A stretch of DNA of 33,025 bases from Chloroflexota bacterium. GTDB taxonomy: Bacteria; Chloroflexota; Dehalococcoidia; SM23-28-2; RBG-16-64-32. The stretch is taken from contig VBJT01000122.1 of NCBI GenBank assembly GCA_005880075.1, positions 1-33,025 on the forward strand. Direction: 5' to 3'. Positions 9,301-18,692 of the stretch are shown here, one piece after another. Position 1 is the stretch's first letter, and the number at the start of each line of letters is the position of its first letter. Position numbers and translations under genes: made by a program. The notes under the pieces were generated by a model. That model made no database searches and had not been told where the DNA came from. It saw only the letters and a list, made by a program, of their open reading frames with translations.

Positions 9301-9602
9301 CTGCCCTCCAGCCAGCGTGCGATGGCATCAACATTTTCCCGAAGGCTCGCCCTCGCCTCTTTGACTAGCCAGCGATAGCAGTGCATGCGGCTGGACTTAT
9401 CAGGCGCGTAGTCCTCCCAGGACAGGACGTAGGCGCGGCCCTGCGCCCTGTGAGGCCAGCTCTCCTTCGGCAGGAGGTGGACGTAGATAGTCCCGCCGTC
9501 ATCCGTGAACGTAATCGCGCCGACCGCGGCATCAGTTAGTGACTGGTGGCCGGTATCCACCAGCAACCGCCTCAGCTCCCGCTCTAGGAAACGTAGCGCC
9601 AT
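9297..9602 (-). CDS. Hypothetical protein
   Basis: 101-aa ORF with ATGA overlap to the downstream gene. Confidence 0.65.
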   Translation of the reverse strand: MALRFLERELRRLLVDTGHQSLTDAAVGAITFTDDGGTIYVHLLPKESWPHRAQGRAYVLSWEDYAPDKSSRMHCYRWLVKEARASLRENVDAIARWLEGR

Positions 9603-9626
9603 CGCTGACTTAAGCCGAAGGCAAGG

Positions 9627-10655
9627 CTATCCGTAGAACGTACTCGCGATGGCGCCTCCATAAGCGAGTACCTTCTGAGCCGGTAGCCCATACGGCGCCG
9701 GCACCGGACAAAGAGAATCGGCGATGTCCCACAGGGGTTCGATTCTCTTTCTCACATCGTCCGCCGGGCCACATGTAACGAACGCCTCCACCATCTCATC
9801 GGGGACGAGGTGCGCCACGCCCAAGTAATCTCCCCGCTTGACGCCCTCCTGCAGCCGCTGCGCCTCCTTCCGAAAACCGTGGGCAGCGAAATACTCTTCG
9901 TACTGGGTCATGCCGGCATAGAAGGCGATCGTCGCGCGGGAGTCGTTGATGGCTTCGGCGCGGTCGTTGTTGATCATTATCAGCGGCCAGAGGTTGATCT
10001 CAATATCGCTGCGTTGCTTGCCGGCACGAGCCAGGCCGCGCTTGATGGCCTCCGGACCGTCATTCGTCGCCCAGCGGAGCGACCAGATGGCGTGCCCCAT
10101 CACCCCGTCGGCGATTTCGGCCGCGAGGCTGACGAGAGGCCCGCGCAGACCCGCGATCCAGATCGGGAGGTCCGTGCGAAGGGGCGGCGACGGAGGCTGG
10201 AGCTCGCTGAAATCGTGCCGGTGGTAGCTCCCCTCGAAAGCCGCGAGCTCACCAGTATGCGCCTTCGCGATGATGAGCCGGATAAGCTCGACAACCTCTC
10301 GCAGATGCTCGAGCGGCTTGCCGTATGGCATTCCGAAGAATCCCTCGCTCCACGAGCGTATGCTGCAGCCGAGCCCGAGCGTGAAGCGCCCGCCGCTAAG
10401 CCGATCGAGGTCTATCGCCGCCATTGCCGTCTCGAAGGGGCTGCGCGCGAACGCCAGAGCGATTCCGGAGGTAAGCTTCACCCGCGTCGTTACAGCCGCC
10501 GCAGCCGCCAGCGGCACAAATGGCGGCCCATAGACCTGCGGGGCGAACAGCCCATCGAGACCCGCTTGCTCGTACATCTTCGCCTGGCCGGTCAGCACCC
10601 CGGGCGGCAGAGTAGGCGTAATCACACCCCAGATCGGCCTCTTTCCATCCCGCAC
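9627..10655 (-). CDS. LLM-class (probably F420-dependent) oxidoreductase
   Basis: SGIALAFARSP, LDRLSGGRFTLGLG, PIWIAG, AAEIADG; AAGGAGG SD. Confidence 0.9.
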   Translation of the reverse strand: MRDGKRPIWGVITPTLPPGVLTGQAKMYEQAGLDGLFAPQVYGPPFVPLAAAAAVTTRVKLTSGIALAFARSPFETAMAAIDLDRLSGGRFTLGLGCSIRSWSEGFFGMPYGKPLEHLREVVELIRLIIAKAHTGELAAFEGSYHRHDFSELQPPSPPLRTDLPIWIAGLRGPLVSLAAEIADGVMGHAIWSLRWATNDGPEAIKRGLARAGKQRSDIEINLWPLIMINNDRAEAINDSRATIAFYAGMTQYEEYFAAHGFRKEAQRLQEGVKRGDYLGVAHLVPDEMVEAFVTCGPADDVRKRIEPLWDIADSLCPVPAPYGLPAQKVLAYGGAIASTFYG

Positions 10656-10832
10656 CAGCAGCCTCCTTCAAATGGTGGCGGTACTACGCACACGATACGC
10701 GGTCCTAATGCGCATTGATGACGTCATTACACTTGGGAACTGTGGGGTGCCGGTGGCGCTAATATGGCATCCCTCGTGCCACCGGTCAACGATATCGACA
10801 GTCTCCAACGCCGATGCTAACCTTGCCGCAAT

Positions 10833-12326
10833 ATGGCGGACTTGGTGCTCGCTCTAGACCAAGGGACATCTTCCAGTCGGGCCATCCTGTTTGACCATTC
10901 GGGGAACGCCGTTGCCTCCGCCCAGCAGCCGTTCGAGCAGATATACCCGCAGCCTGGCTGGGTTGAACACGACCCGGAGGACGTCTGGCAAACGCAGCTG
11001 GCGACCGCTCAGGAAGCGCTGAAGCAGGCAAAGGCAACCGCGGACGATGTAGCCGCGATCGGCATCACGAATCAGCGCGAGACCACGCTCCTCTGGGACC
11101 ACAACGGCCGCCCAATCGCCAACGCCATCGTCTGGCAAGACAGACGTACCGCACCGATCTGCGACGAAATGCGAGACAAGGGCTTGGAGCCTCTGTTCCG
11201 CGAGCGGACGGGCCTGCTGCTTGACCCGTACTTCTCTGGAACAAAGGTGAAATGGCTCCTCGATAATGTCAGCAGCGCCCGTGCCCTTGCCGAAGCCGGC
11301 GACCTGAGGTTCGGCACGGTCGATTCCTGGTTGCTCTATCGCCTGACGGGCCTCCACGCGACGGACTATACGAACGCCTCGCGCACCCTGCTCTACAACA
11401 TCTTCGACCTGGGCTGGGATGATGAATTGCTATCAGCCCTCGAAGTTCCTCGAGGCATCTTGCCTCCCGTGCGGGCATCCTCCGGCGTCTTCGCTGAGAC
11501 GAGCTTGTTTGGCAAATCCGTGCCCGTCGCCGGAATCGGAGGCGACCAGCAGGCAGCCCTCTTCGGGCAAGCGGCATTCGAGCCGGGCATGGCGAAGAAC
11601 ACATATGGCACCGGCGCGTTCTGCCTGATGAACATCGGCGAGCGGAAGGTCGCCTCAAAGAATCTGCTGACCACAATCGCCTGGGGGATATCCGGTGCGG
11701 AGCGCGACGAAGTCGTATACGCGCTCGAAGGCTCCATCTTCATCGCAGGCGCGGCCGTCCAATGGCTACGGGACGAGTTGGGCATCATTTCGACCGCCGC
11801 CGAATCCCAGGAGCTTGCGCTGAGCGTGCCCGACTCGAACGGGGTTTATGTCGTGCCAGCGTTCGTCGGCCTGGCGGCGCCACACTGGGACCCGAGCGCG
11901 CGCGGTGCCATCTTCGGGCTCACGCGCGGTGCCAACCGGGCGCATCTCGCCCGCGCGACGCTGGAAGCGATCGCGTTTCAGACTTGCGATGTAATTGATG
12001 CTATCGAAGCTGACTCTGGCGTGACGCTTTCCGAGCTGCGCGTCGACGGCGGCGCCGCGGCGAACGACCTGCTTCTCCAGATTCAGGCTGACCTGCTCGG
12101 CCGGGACGTCGTGAGGCCGGCGGTGCTCGAGACGACCGCGCTTGGAGCAGCTTATCTGGCCGGCCTGGCGACCGGGTTCTGGAGGGATGCGTCGGACGTT
12201 TCCAAGAACTGGCGCATCGACCGCCGCTTCAGCCCGCAAATGGCTGCTGACAGGCGGGCCGAGATGTATGCCGGCTGGAAGCGCGCGGTTGAGCGCGTAA
12301 AGGGATGGAGCACGGCCGGGGCCTGA
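10833..12326 (+). CDS. glpK: Glycerol kinase
   Basis: [46 protein letters not shown] motifs. Confidence 0.97.
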   Translation: MADLVLALDQGTSSSRAILFDHSGNAVASAQQPFEQIYPQPGWVEHDPEDVWQTQLATAQEALKQAKATADDVAAIGITNQRETTLLWDHNGRPIANAIVWQDRRTAPICDEMRDKGLEPLFRERTGLLLDPYFSGTKVKWLLDNVSSARALAEAGDLRFGTVDSWLLYRLTGLHATDYTNASRTLLYNIFDLGWDDELLSALEVPRGILPPVRASSGVFAETSLFGKSVPVAGIGGDQQAALFGQAAFEPGMAKNTYGTGAFCLMNIGERKVASKNLLTTIAWGISGAERDEVVYALEGSIFIAGAAVQWLRDELGIISTAAESQELALSVPDSNGVYVVPAFVGLAAPHWDPSARGAIFGLTRGANRAHLARATLEAIAFQTCDVIDAIEADSGVTLSELRVDGGAAANDLLLQIQADLLGRDVVRPAVLETTALGAAYLAGLATGFWRDASDVSKNWRIDRRFSPQMAADRRAEMYAGWKRAVERVKGWSTAGA

Positions 12327-12338
12327 GCCGAGGCGCGC

Positions 12339-13604
12339 CTAGTGAGGCCTTGGCGTCCGTGTTGTGGGCGGGATCGGGCTCGGAGTGACGTTCGGCGTTG
12401 GCGTGTCACTCGGTGCCGGCGTGAGTGCGGGCGTCGGTTCAGGGGTTGCGGGCGGCGTCGGTTCCGGAGTGGGCGGCTGCCAGAGGCCATACTTGCCCAC
12501 CATCCAGTCCCAAACGTCTCTCGAGAGCCGGGCGCCGAATGAATAACCATCCTTCTCGCTGTTCGCCAACTGGGACAAATACGTGATCGCGTAAGCCTTC
12601 TGCTTTCCATCCACCCCCTGGAACGTCACGATTCCAACGTCGTTGTTCACCCACCCGTCCCAGTCCGCGTAATAGCCAATCTTATGGCCGACAGTAGCTT
12701 CCGATGGGAGACGCTTGGGGATGATGTAGTCGACATACGAATAGCTGTCACGTAGTACCCGGAGCGTGTAGACGGTCCATTCATAGTTGAAGAGTTGCTC
12801 GTTCCAGAGCTTGGCCAGGATGTCGTTTGTTTCGAGGGCAGTCAAGATGTTGGGGGACGGATAATCGCCCCCGTAGAACGGAATGTGATCAAAGTACGAG
12901 GTGGTCATTCCCCAGGAGTTCATAAGAGACCGCGCGTAATACGTGCCCTCCCAATACGATCCGAAAATCTCCTGCGTGAAATTCTTGACCTCCGGCGGAT
13001 AGCTGCCGCCAATGCCCTTCTTGATGCTATAACCGAGGCCGTCCGGGCTGGCGTTACCTGCCTGAAACTGATCGACGGCGCCCAGTAGAGCGAACAAGTT
13101 AATCACGCAGCCCGTGCGGTGCAGAACGTTGCCACCGACTGATATCGTTTCCCCGTTCTGGAGGTCAGTGACGGCTACGGCTACATCGATGCCGCCGACG
13201 TCCGCATCATAGTCAACGATCGAGCTTTCAAGCTGGTCGCGCAGCGCCAGAAAATCAGGCGAGGCGTTGACGTTTTCGGGCATGTTCCCGGATGTCTGAG
13301 GGAGCGGCGCTGAGGTCTGATCGCCGCCGGTGCCCTCTTGCGGTGAAGGGGCGGGCGTCTCCGACGGCGCGGGAGAGGCCGACGATCTATTCCAGTCGAC
13401 TACCCCATCGACTGTGACGCCCGGATACGATTGCCCGCCTTCGCGCCTCACGGCCGCTGCTGACCGCGCCGGGCTTTCTGAGCCAGCATCTTTCGCGCTT
13501 CCGTCAAGCGATGCCAGTACTATGACGACGCCGAGGGCAACCGGCGCCGAAGCCAGCCCGACGCCGGAGGCAATCCTTATCATTCTCCGGTCTAGACGAA
13601 ACAC
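12339..13604 (-). CDS. Exported beta-lactamase class A-like (serine hydrolase fold) protein with Pro/Thr-rich linkers
   Basis: N-terminal TM/signal; VAVAVTDLQNGETIS, VGHKIG, VNNDVGIV, YAITYLS; PTPEPTP tail. Catalytic motifs are atypical. Confidence 0.75.
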   Translation of the reverse strand: MFRLDRRMIRIASGVGLASAPVALGVVIVLASLDGSAKDAGSESPARSAAAVRREGGQSYPGVTVDGVVDWNRSSASPAPSETPAPSPQEGTGGDQTSAPLPQTSGNMPENVNASPDFLALRDQLESSIVDYDADVGGIDVAVAVTDLQNGETISVGGNVLHRTGCVINLFALLGAVDQFQAGNASPDGLGYSIKKGIGGSYPPEVKNFTQEIFGSYWEGTYYARSLMNSWGMTTSYFDHIPFYGGDYPSPNILTALETNDILAKLWNEQLFNYEWTVYTLRVLRDSYSYVDYIIPKRLPSEATVGHKIGYYADWDGWVNNDVGIVTFQGVDGKQKAYAITYLSQLANSEKDGYSFGARLSRDVWDWMVGKYGLWQPPTPEPTPPATPEPTPALTPAPSDTPTPNVTPSPIPPTTRTPRPH

Positions 13605-13786
13605 GGTTCCCCTTCTGACCGCCTATTCAAGCGCTGTGATACTGATAACGCCGTATAGTGCTGCAAGGATACCAAAAGCAGGCTAAGGCGCACGACCCAC
13701 TTGTGGCTTCGCTAGAATGACGCCTCGATGTGCGGCGGCGTTGCAACCGCTTCTGTTTCCCAGAAGGGCACTGCTAGACTTAGCGC

Positions 13787-15235
13787 GTGAAGCGCAGCAG
13801 CCTCATCCGAGACCTTCAGGGCGCAATCGGCCGCCGCTGGGTGCTCCACGCGCCCGAAGATCTCCTCGTGTATGAATACGACGCGACGATCGATCGCGGG
13901 CTACCGGAGGCCGTCGTGCTGCCAGACGACGCGGAGGGCGTCGCCAGCGCTGTGTGCATTGCAAGCAATCACGGAGTGCCGGTGACCGCGCGAGGCGCCG
14001 GGACGGGCCTCTCAGGCGGCGCCATCCCGTGCGAGGGCGGCGTCGTTATCGTTACGACGCGCATGAACCGCATCCTCGAACTCGATCCAGAGAACCGAAT
14101 CGCGGTCGTCGAGCCGGGCGTCATCAATCTCGACATCTCGCGCTCCACCGCGCCTTATGGCCTCTATTACGCGCCCGATCCGTCGAGCCAGAAGGCGTGC
14201 AGCATCGGCGGCAATGTAGCCGAGAACGCCGGCGGGCCCCACTGCCTGCGCTACGGCACGACGACCAACCACGTTCTGGGCCTCGAAATCGTGACCGCCG
14301 ACGGTGTGGTCGTATGGCTTGGCGGCAAGACGGCTGATACGCCCGGCTACGACCTCACCGGCGTTGTAGTCGGGTCCGAGGGCACTCTCGCAATCGTGAC
14401 GAAGGTCATCGTGCGGCTGCTGCACAAGCCCGAAGCGACCGTTACTCTGCTGGCGATTTTCGATACAGTCACGCAGGCGTCTCGCGTCGTTTCGTCAATC
14501 ATCGGCAAGGGAATGGTCCCCGCCGCGCTCGAGATGATGGACAAGAACACGATGGACGCAGTCGAGCCTTTTGTACATGCGGGCTACCCGCCCGACGCGG
14601 GCGCCGTGCTGCTAATCGAGGTCGAAGGCCTGAAGGAAGATGCTCAAGAACAGGCGGACGCTGTCGCCTCGATCTGCCGCGAGTTGGAGGCCCGTGAGAT
14701 TCGCATTGGTCTCTCGCAGGAAGACAGAGACAGGCTCTGGGCCGGCCGCAAGGGCGCGCTAGGCGCGTTGGGACGGCTGGCGCCCTCTTATTACATCCTT
14801 GACGGCGTCATACCGCGCACCCGGCTCCCAACCGTGCTGGACGGCGTTTACGAGGCCTGTGACCGTTTTGGCTTCCGTGTAGCGAACGTGTTCCACGCCG
14901 GCGACGGCAACCTCCACCCGAACGTGATGTTCGATGAGCGTGTGCAGGGCGCCACGAAAAAGGTCCTGGATTTGGGCGAGGAAATCATGCGCCTGTGCGT
15001 AGACGCCGGCGGATCGATCACCGGGGAACACGGCGTGGGATACGAAAAGCGCAACTATATGAGCTGGATCTTCTCGCCGGACGATCTCGAGGTGATGTCC
15101 AGACTCAAGGCAGCCTTTGGAGCCTCGGAGATCTTTAACCCGGGAAAGGTCTTCCCGACCTCGAAAGGCTGCGGCGAGGTCTCCTCGAGAATGAGAGCGG
15201 CGATCGCCAGGGTTGGCGCGGATGCCTTCGTCTAG
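13787..15235 (+). CDS. glcD: Glycolate oxidase-type FAD-linked subunit GlcD
   Basis: RGAGTGLSGG, APDPSSQ, GGNVAENAGG, GSEGTL, FHAGDGNLHP, GEHGVG. Confidence 0.9.
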   Translation: MKRSSLIRDLQGAIGRRWVLHAPEDLLVYEYDATIDRGLPEAVVLPDDAEGVASAVCIASNHGVPVTARGAGTGLSGGAIPCEGGVVIVTTRMNRILELDPENRIAVVEPGVINLDISRSTAPYGLYYAPDPSSQKACSIGGNVAENAGGPHCLRYGTTTNHVLGLEIVTADGVVVWLGGKTADTPGYDLTGVVVGSEGTLAIVTKVIVRLLHKPEATVTLLAIFDTVTQASRVVSSIIGKGMVPAALEMMDKNTMDAVEPFVHAGYPPDAGAVLLIEVEGLKEDAQEQADAVASICRELEAREIRIGLSQEDRDRLWAGRKGALGALGRLAPSYYILDGVIPRTRLPTVLDGVYEACDRFGFRVANVFHAGDGNLHPNVMFDERVQGATKKVLDLGEEIMRLCVDAGGSITGEHGVGYEKRNYMSWIFSPDDLEVMSRLKAAFGASEIFNPGKVFPTSKGCGEVSSRMRAAIARVGADAFV

Positions 15236-16508
15236 GACGCCAACCGTGATCGCCCAGGCAACCATTCTCGACGACCTGAGTGCCATCGTGGGCGGCGAGC
15301 ACGCTTACCCAGCGGACGAATCGCAGAGGTTCGTGGTCGATGGCATGACCCCGCGGGCTGTAGTCGAGCCGGGCAGTTATGAAGAGGTCGCAGGCGTCAT
15401 GCGCTACGCAAGCGAGCAAGGGCTGGCCGCCATCCCGCTCGGCGGCGGGACTAAACGGCACATCGGCAACCTGCCCTCGCGCTACGATTTGGCATTGAGC
15501 CTCTCGCACATCCACCAGATCATCGAGCATGAGCCGGCCGATCTGACCGTGACCTGCCAAGCGGGGATTAGCGTTGCCGAGCTGGACCGGCGCCTTCGCG
15601 TCCACGGCCAAAGAGTGCCCTTCGATGTCTCGCACGGGCAGCAGGCGTCGGTCGGCGGGGTTCTTGCGGCGAACACTAATGGCCCATCACGTCCCGCTTA
15701 CGGCGCGCTCCGCGACTTTACAATCGGAATACGAATGGTCACGGGAGATGGTCGAATCACCCGCGCCGGCGGCAAAGTCGTTAAAAATGTCGCTGGCTTC
15801 GATTTGTGCAAGCTGTACATCGGGTCGCTGGGCACGCTTGGCGTGATCGTCGAGGCAACCTTCAAGGTAATGCCGGTCGCCCGACTTGAGCGAAGCGTCC
15901 TACTCTCCCTAGACACGCCCGGCGGTGCCTGCGCGCTCTCTGCGGAGTTGCATCGGCGCGGCCTCGCGCTGAGTCATGTCCAGCTTTCGGGCAGAGGAGA
16001 CGCAACGGGATACAGCTGGCTCCTTGAGACAAGGCTCGCGGGCAGCGAAGGAGCGGTCGAGCGCTCAGAGAACGAAGTCGTGGGCCTCGCGCCTGGTTCG
16101 CACGCGCAGCCTGCAGGCTCAGACGTAAGCTCGACTGATCGATTTAGCGGCGAGCATTTCGACGACAGTTCGCTCCTTTGCCGGTTCAGTACTCTCCCAT
16201 CGCGGCTCGCAGCATTCATCGGCGCCGTTCAGCGCCTGGAATCGCCGGACATTTTGGCCGAGCCGGCGACCGGCATCCTTCGCGTATCTTGGCATGAGAT
16301 CGACGGAGCCACGGTCTTAGAACGCGCCCGCCAGATCGCCGCAAGTCACTCGGCCACAGCGGTCGTCGAGCGTTGTCCACCCGAGCTCAAGCAACATATC
16401 GACGTCTTCGGCGACCCGCCGCCCGCTTTCCAGCTCATGCGGAGCGTCAAGCAGCAGTTCGACCCGAAAGGCATTCTCAGCCCGGGGCGCTTCGTGGGGA
16501 GGCTCTGA
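15222..16508 (+). CDS. glcE: Glycolate oxidase-type FAD-binding subunit GlcE
   Basis: EHEPADLTVT, GGKVVKNVAGFDL, GSLGTLG, FDPKGILSPGRF; lies between glcD and glcF. Confidence 0.88.
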   Translation: MPSSRTPTVIAQATILDDLSAIVGGEHAYPADESQRFVVDGMTPRAVVEPGSYEEVAGVMRYASEQGLAAIPLGGGTKRHIGNLPSRYDLALSLSHIHQIIEHEPADLTVTCQAGISVAELDRRLRVHGQRVPFDVSHGQQASVGGVLAANTNGPSRPAYGALRDFTIGIRMVTGDGRITRAGGKVVKNVAGFDLCKLYIGSLGTLGVIVEATFKVMPVARLERSVLLSLDTPGGACALSAELHRRGLALSHVQLSGRGDATGYSWLLETRLAGSEGAVERSENEVVGLAPGSHAQPAGSDVSSTDRFSGEHFDDSSLLCRFSTLPSRLAAFIGAVQRLESPDILAEPATGILRVSWHEIDGATVLERARQIAASHSATAVVERCPPELKQHIDVFGDPPPAFQLMRSVKQQFDPKGILSPGRFVGRL

Positions 16509-17792
16509 TTGGGTAAACAACCGGCGTTTACCAAACGGTTCGCTCCGTCCGAAGCCGACCTCGCCCAGTGCGTGCGTTGCGGCCTCTGCCTGCAACACTG
16601 CCCGACGTACGTGGCAACGGGCCTTGAGGCCGAGTCACCACGCGGACGGCTGTATCTGATCAAGGCGATGTCCGAGGGCCTGATCGAGCCGACGGTGAAC
16701 GTCACCGGCCACATGGACAGGTGCCTCCAGTGCCGAAACTGCGAGGCGGTCTGCCCTTCCGGCGTGCCCTACGGGCGCATCATGGAACATGGCCGAGCGC
16801 ACGTCCTTCACACCGGCCGCGCGCCGTTCGCCTGGCGCCTGCGGGCGCTCTTCCTGCGCGAGGTAATCGCGCGGCCAGGCCGCCTCGCGCTCCTCGCCTC
16901 GGCCTTACGCGTATACCGCGCGTCCGGGCTGCGGGCGCTCGCCGAGCGAACGCCGATGCTGCGTGACCGCGTCGCCCTGGCGCCGACTATTGCCGGGAAG
17001 GAGTTCAAGCGCCGCGGGGTTCTCGCCCGGCCGAAGGGCGCGACGAAGTATCGCGTCGCGCTACTAACCGGGTGCATCATGCCCCTGGCTTACGGCCGGG
17101 TGCATGCCGCAACTGTCAGGGTGCTCGCCCGCAACGGCTGCGAAGTGATCGCTCCGGCGACGCAGGTATGCTGCGGGGCGCTGCACGGCCACAACGGCGA
17201 TCTTCCCACCGCGATCGAGCTCGCGCGCCGCAACATCGATGCCTTTCTGGCGGAGGATTTCGACGCCGTTATCGTGAACTCAGCCGGCTGTGGATCAGCG
17301 ATCAAGGAGTACGGCCAGTTGCTTGCGGAGGACGGCGAGTACCTCGACCGCGCTCGGCTCCTCGCTTCGAGGGTAAGGGATGTGACCGAGTTCCTCGCCT
17401 CGCTGCCGTTTGAACCGCCCAAGCGGCTGTTGGACGCGCGCGTCACATACCAGGACTCCTGCCATCTGGGCCATGCGCAGCGAATTACGCGGGCGCCGCG
17501 CGAGATCATCGCCTCGATTCCCGGCGTTCGCTTCATCGAGTTGCCGCATGGCGACCGATGTTGCGGCAGCGCCGGTGTCTATGGGCTAACTCAGGGAGAT
17601 ATGTCGCTCCGCTTACTTGATGAGAAGATGCGATATATCAGGGAGACCGGCGCGGACGTCATCGCAACCGCGAACCCGGGCTGCATGACGCAGCTGGAAG
17701 CGGGCCTGCGGCGTCACGGCGTGAACGGACGCGTCGTTCACGTCATCGAGCTGCTAGACGAGTCATACCGGCGCGCCACCGCGCACGTTTAG
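16509..17792 (+). CDS. glcF: Glycolate oxidase Fe-S subunit GlcF
   Basis: CVRCGLCLQHCP, CLQCRNCEAVCP, two CCG domains, TANPGC. Confidence 0.9.
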   Translation: MGKQPAFTKRFAPSEADLAQCVRCGLCLQHCPTYVATGLEAESPRGRLYLIKAMSEGLIEPTVNVTGHMDRCLQCRNCEAVCPSGVPYGRIMEHGRAHVLHTGRAPFAWRLRALFLREVIARPGRLALLASALRVYRASGLRALAERTPMLRDRVALAPTIAGKEFKRRGVLARPKGATKYRVALLTGCIMPLAYGRVHAATVRVLARNGCEVIAPATQVCCGALHGHNGDLPTAIELARRNIDAFLAEDFDAVIVNSAGCGSAIKEYGQLLAEDGEYLDRARLLASRVRDVTEFLASLPFEPPKRLLDARVTYQDSCHLGHAQRITRAPREIIASIPGVRFIELPHGDRCCGSAGVYGLTQGDMSLRLLDEKMRYIRETGADVIATANPGCMTQLEAGLRRHGVNGRVVHVIELLDESYRRATAHV

Positions 17793-17962
17793 CAGACCTT
17801 TCCTTTACACCGAATTCACCGGGTGTTAACCGCTTAAGCGGTCGCGTTAACCGTATTCGCGCACGGCCGATGCCATAATTCGCGATGAAGGACGTTGACC
17901 CGAAAGTTTCCGTGTTATGAGTCGCGCGAGAAACAGCACAGCTAAGTTCGAATATAGAAACG

Positions 17963-17990
17963 TGTAACAGGGTGGCCGGAGGGGCGTCTA
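17963..17990 (+). promoter_or_regulatory. Putative ECF-sigma promoter upstream of the sigma gene
   Basis: TGTAAC-N16-CGTCTA. Confidence 0.7.
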
Positions 17991-18071
17991 TTGTTCATCC
18001 CAAGAGTTGAGGGTTCGCAAGAACCGTCAGTAGCCCGTGTCTTAGACACGGTGGATGACGAGGGCCGGAAT

Positions 18072-18692
18072 ATGACAACGATGCGCGTGGCGATGGCAGA
18101 AGCCTTGAAACAGCAACCGTCAGTCAAGGCCGAACAAGCGCAGACTGCGACCGAAGTGCCGCAGACGGAAGCCGGCACGAAGCCGGTGGAATTCACAGAC
18201 CTCTACCACCAGTACTTCCCCAAGGTCTTCGCCTACGTATACGGCCGGGTGCAAGACAAGGAAATCTCTCTCGATATCGTCTCGGACGTATTCGAGAAGG
18301 CATTCATCAAGATGCGGTCGTTACGCTCGCCGGACTCCTTCGGGTCATGGCTGTTCACGATCGCGCGGAATGAAGTTTCATCGCACTGGCGAAAGACAAA
18401 GCCCGCCGCCCGAGCTGCCCAGGAAGCCGCCTGGGAAACCGAGCTGCACTCGCAGCCGCGGGGCCCGGAAGAAACCGTGCTGCACAAAGAGAGGCTCGCC
18501 TCACTTTCGCAGCTCGTGCGCCAGTTGCCTCGGCGGGAGCAGGAAATCATCGCTCTGAAGTTCGATGCCGAGCTCACGAACCGTGAGATCGCGAATGTGC
18601 TGAGCACAAGCGAAGTGAACGTGCGGGTCACGGTCTTTCGCGCGCTGCGCAAGCTGCGGGAGCGCCTCCAGACCAGCGGCGACCGTACATGA
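18072..18692 (+). CDS. ECF-family RNA polymerase sigma factor
   Basis: FTDLYHQY, DIVSDVF, SWLFTIARN, LPRREQEII, EIANVL...VRVTVFRALRKLR. The ORF-track TTG 17991 abuts the -10 element, so a later ATG is more likely. Confidence 0.92.
   Translation: MTTMRVAMAEALKQQPSVKAEQAQTATEVPQTEAGTKPVEFTDLYHQYFPKVFAYVYGRVQDKEISLDIVSDVFEKAFIKMRSLRSPDSFGSWLFTIARNEVSSHWRKTKPAARAAQEAAWETELHSQPRGPEETVLHKERLASLSQLVRQLPRREQEIIALKFDAELTNREIANVLSTSEVNVRVTVFRALRKLRERLQTSGDRT

Noticed and set aside
9774-9802. TGTAAC-N17-CATC match to the ECF motif
   Set aside because: Lies inside and antisense to an LLM gene with no nearby downstream gene; likely chance.
7360-10718. Long antisense or alternative-frame ORFs (e.g. 7360..8211, 9810..10718; also 23789..24613 and the 5' part of 31662..32972)
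   Set aside because: Shadow ORFs of well-supported genes, expected at high GC; no motifs.
12360-12480. Short GC-rich repeats resembling an array
   Set aside because: They encode the PTPEPT-type Pro/Thr tail of the beta-lactamase-fold protein; no repeat-spacer structure, so not CRISPR.
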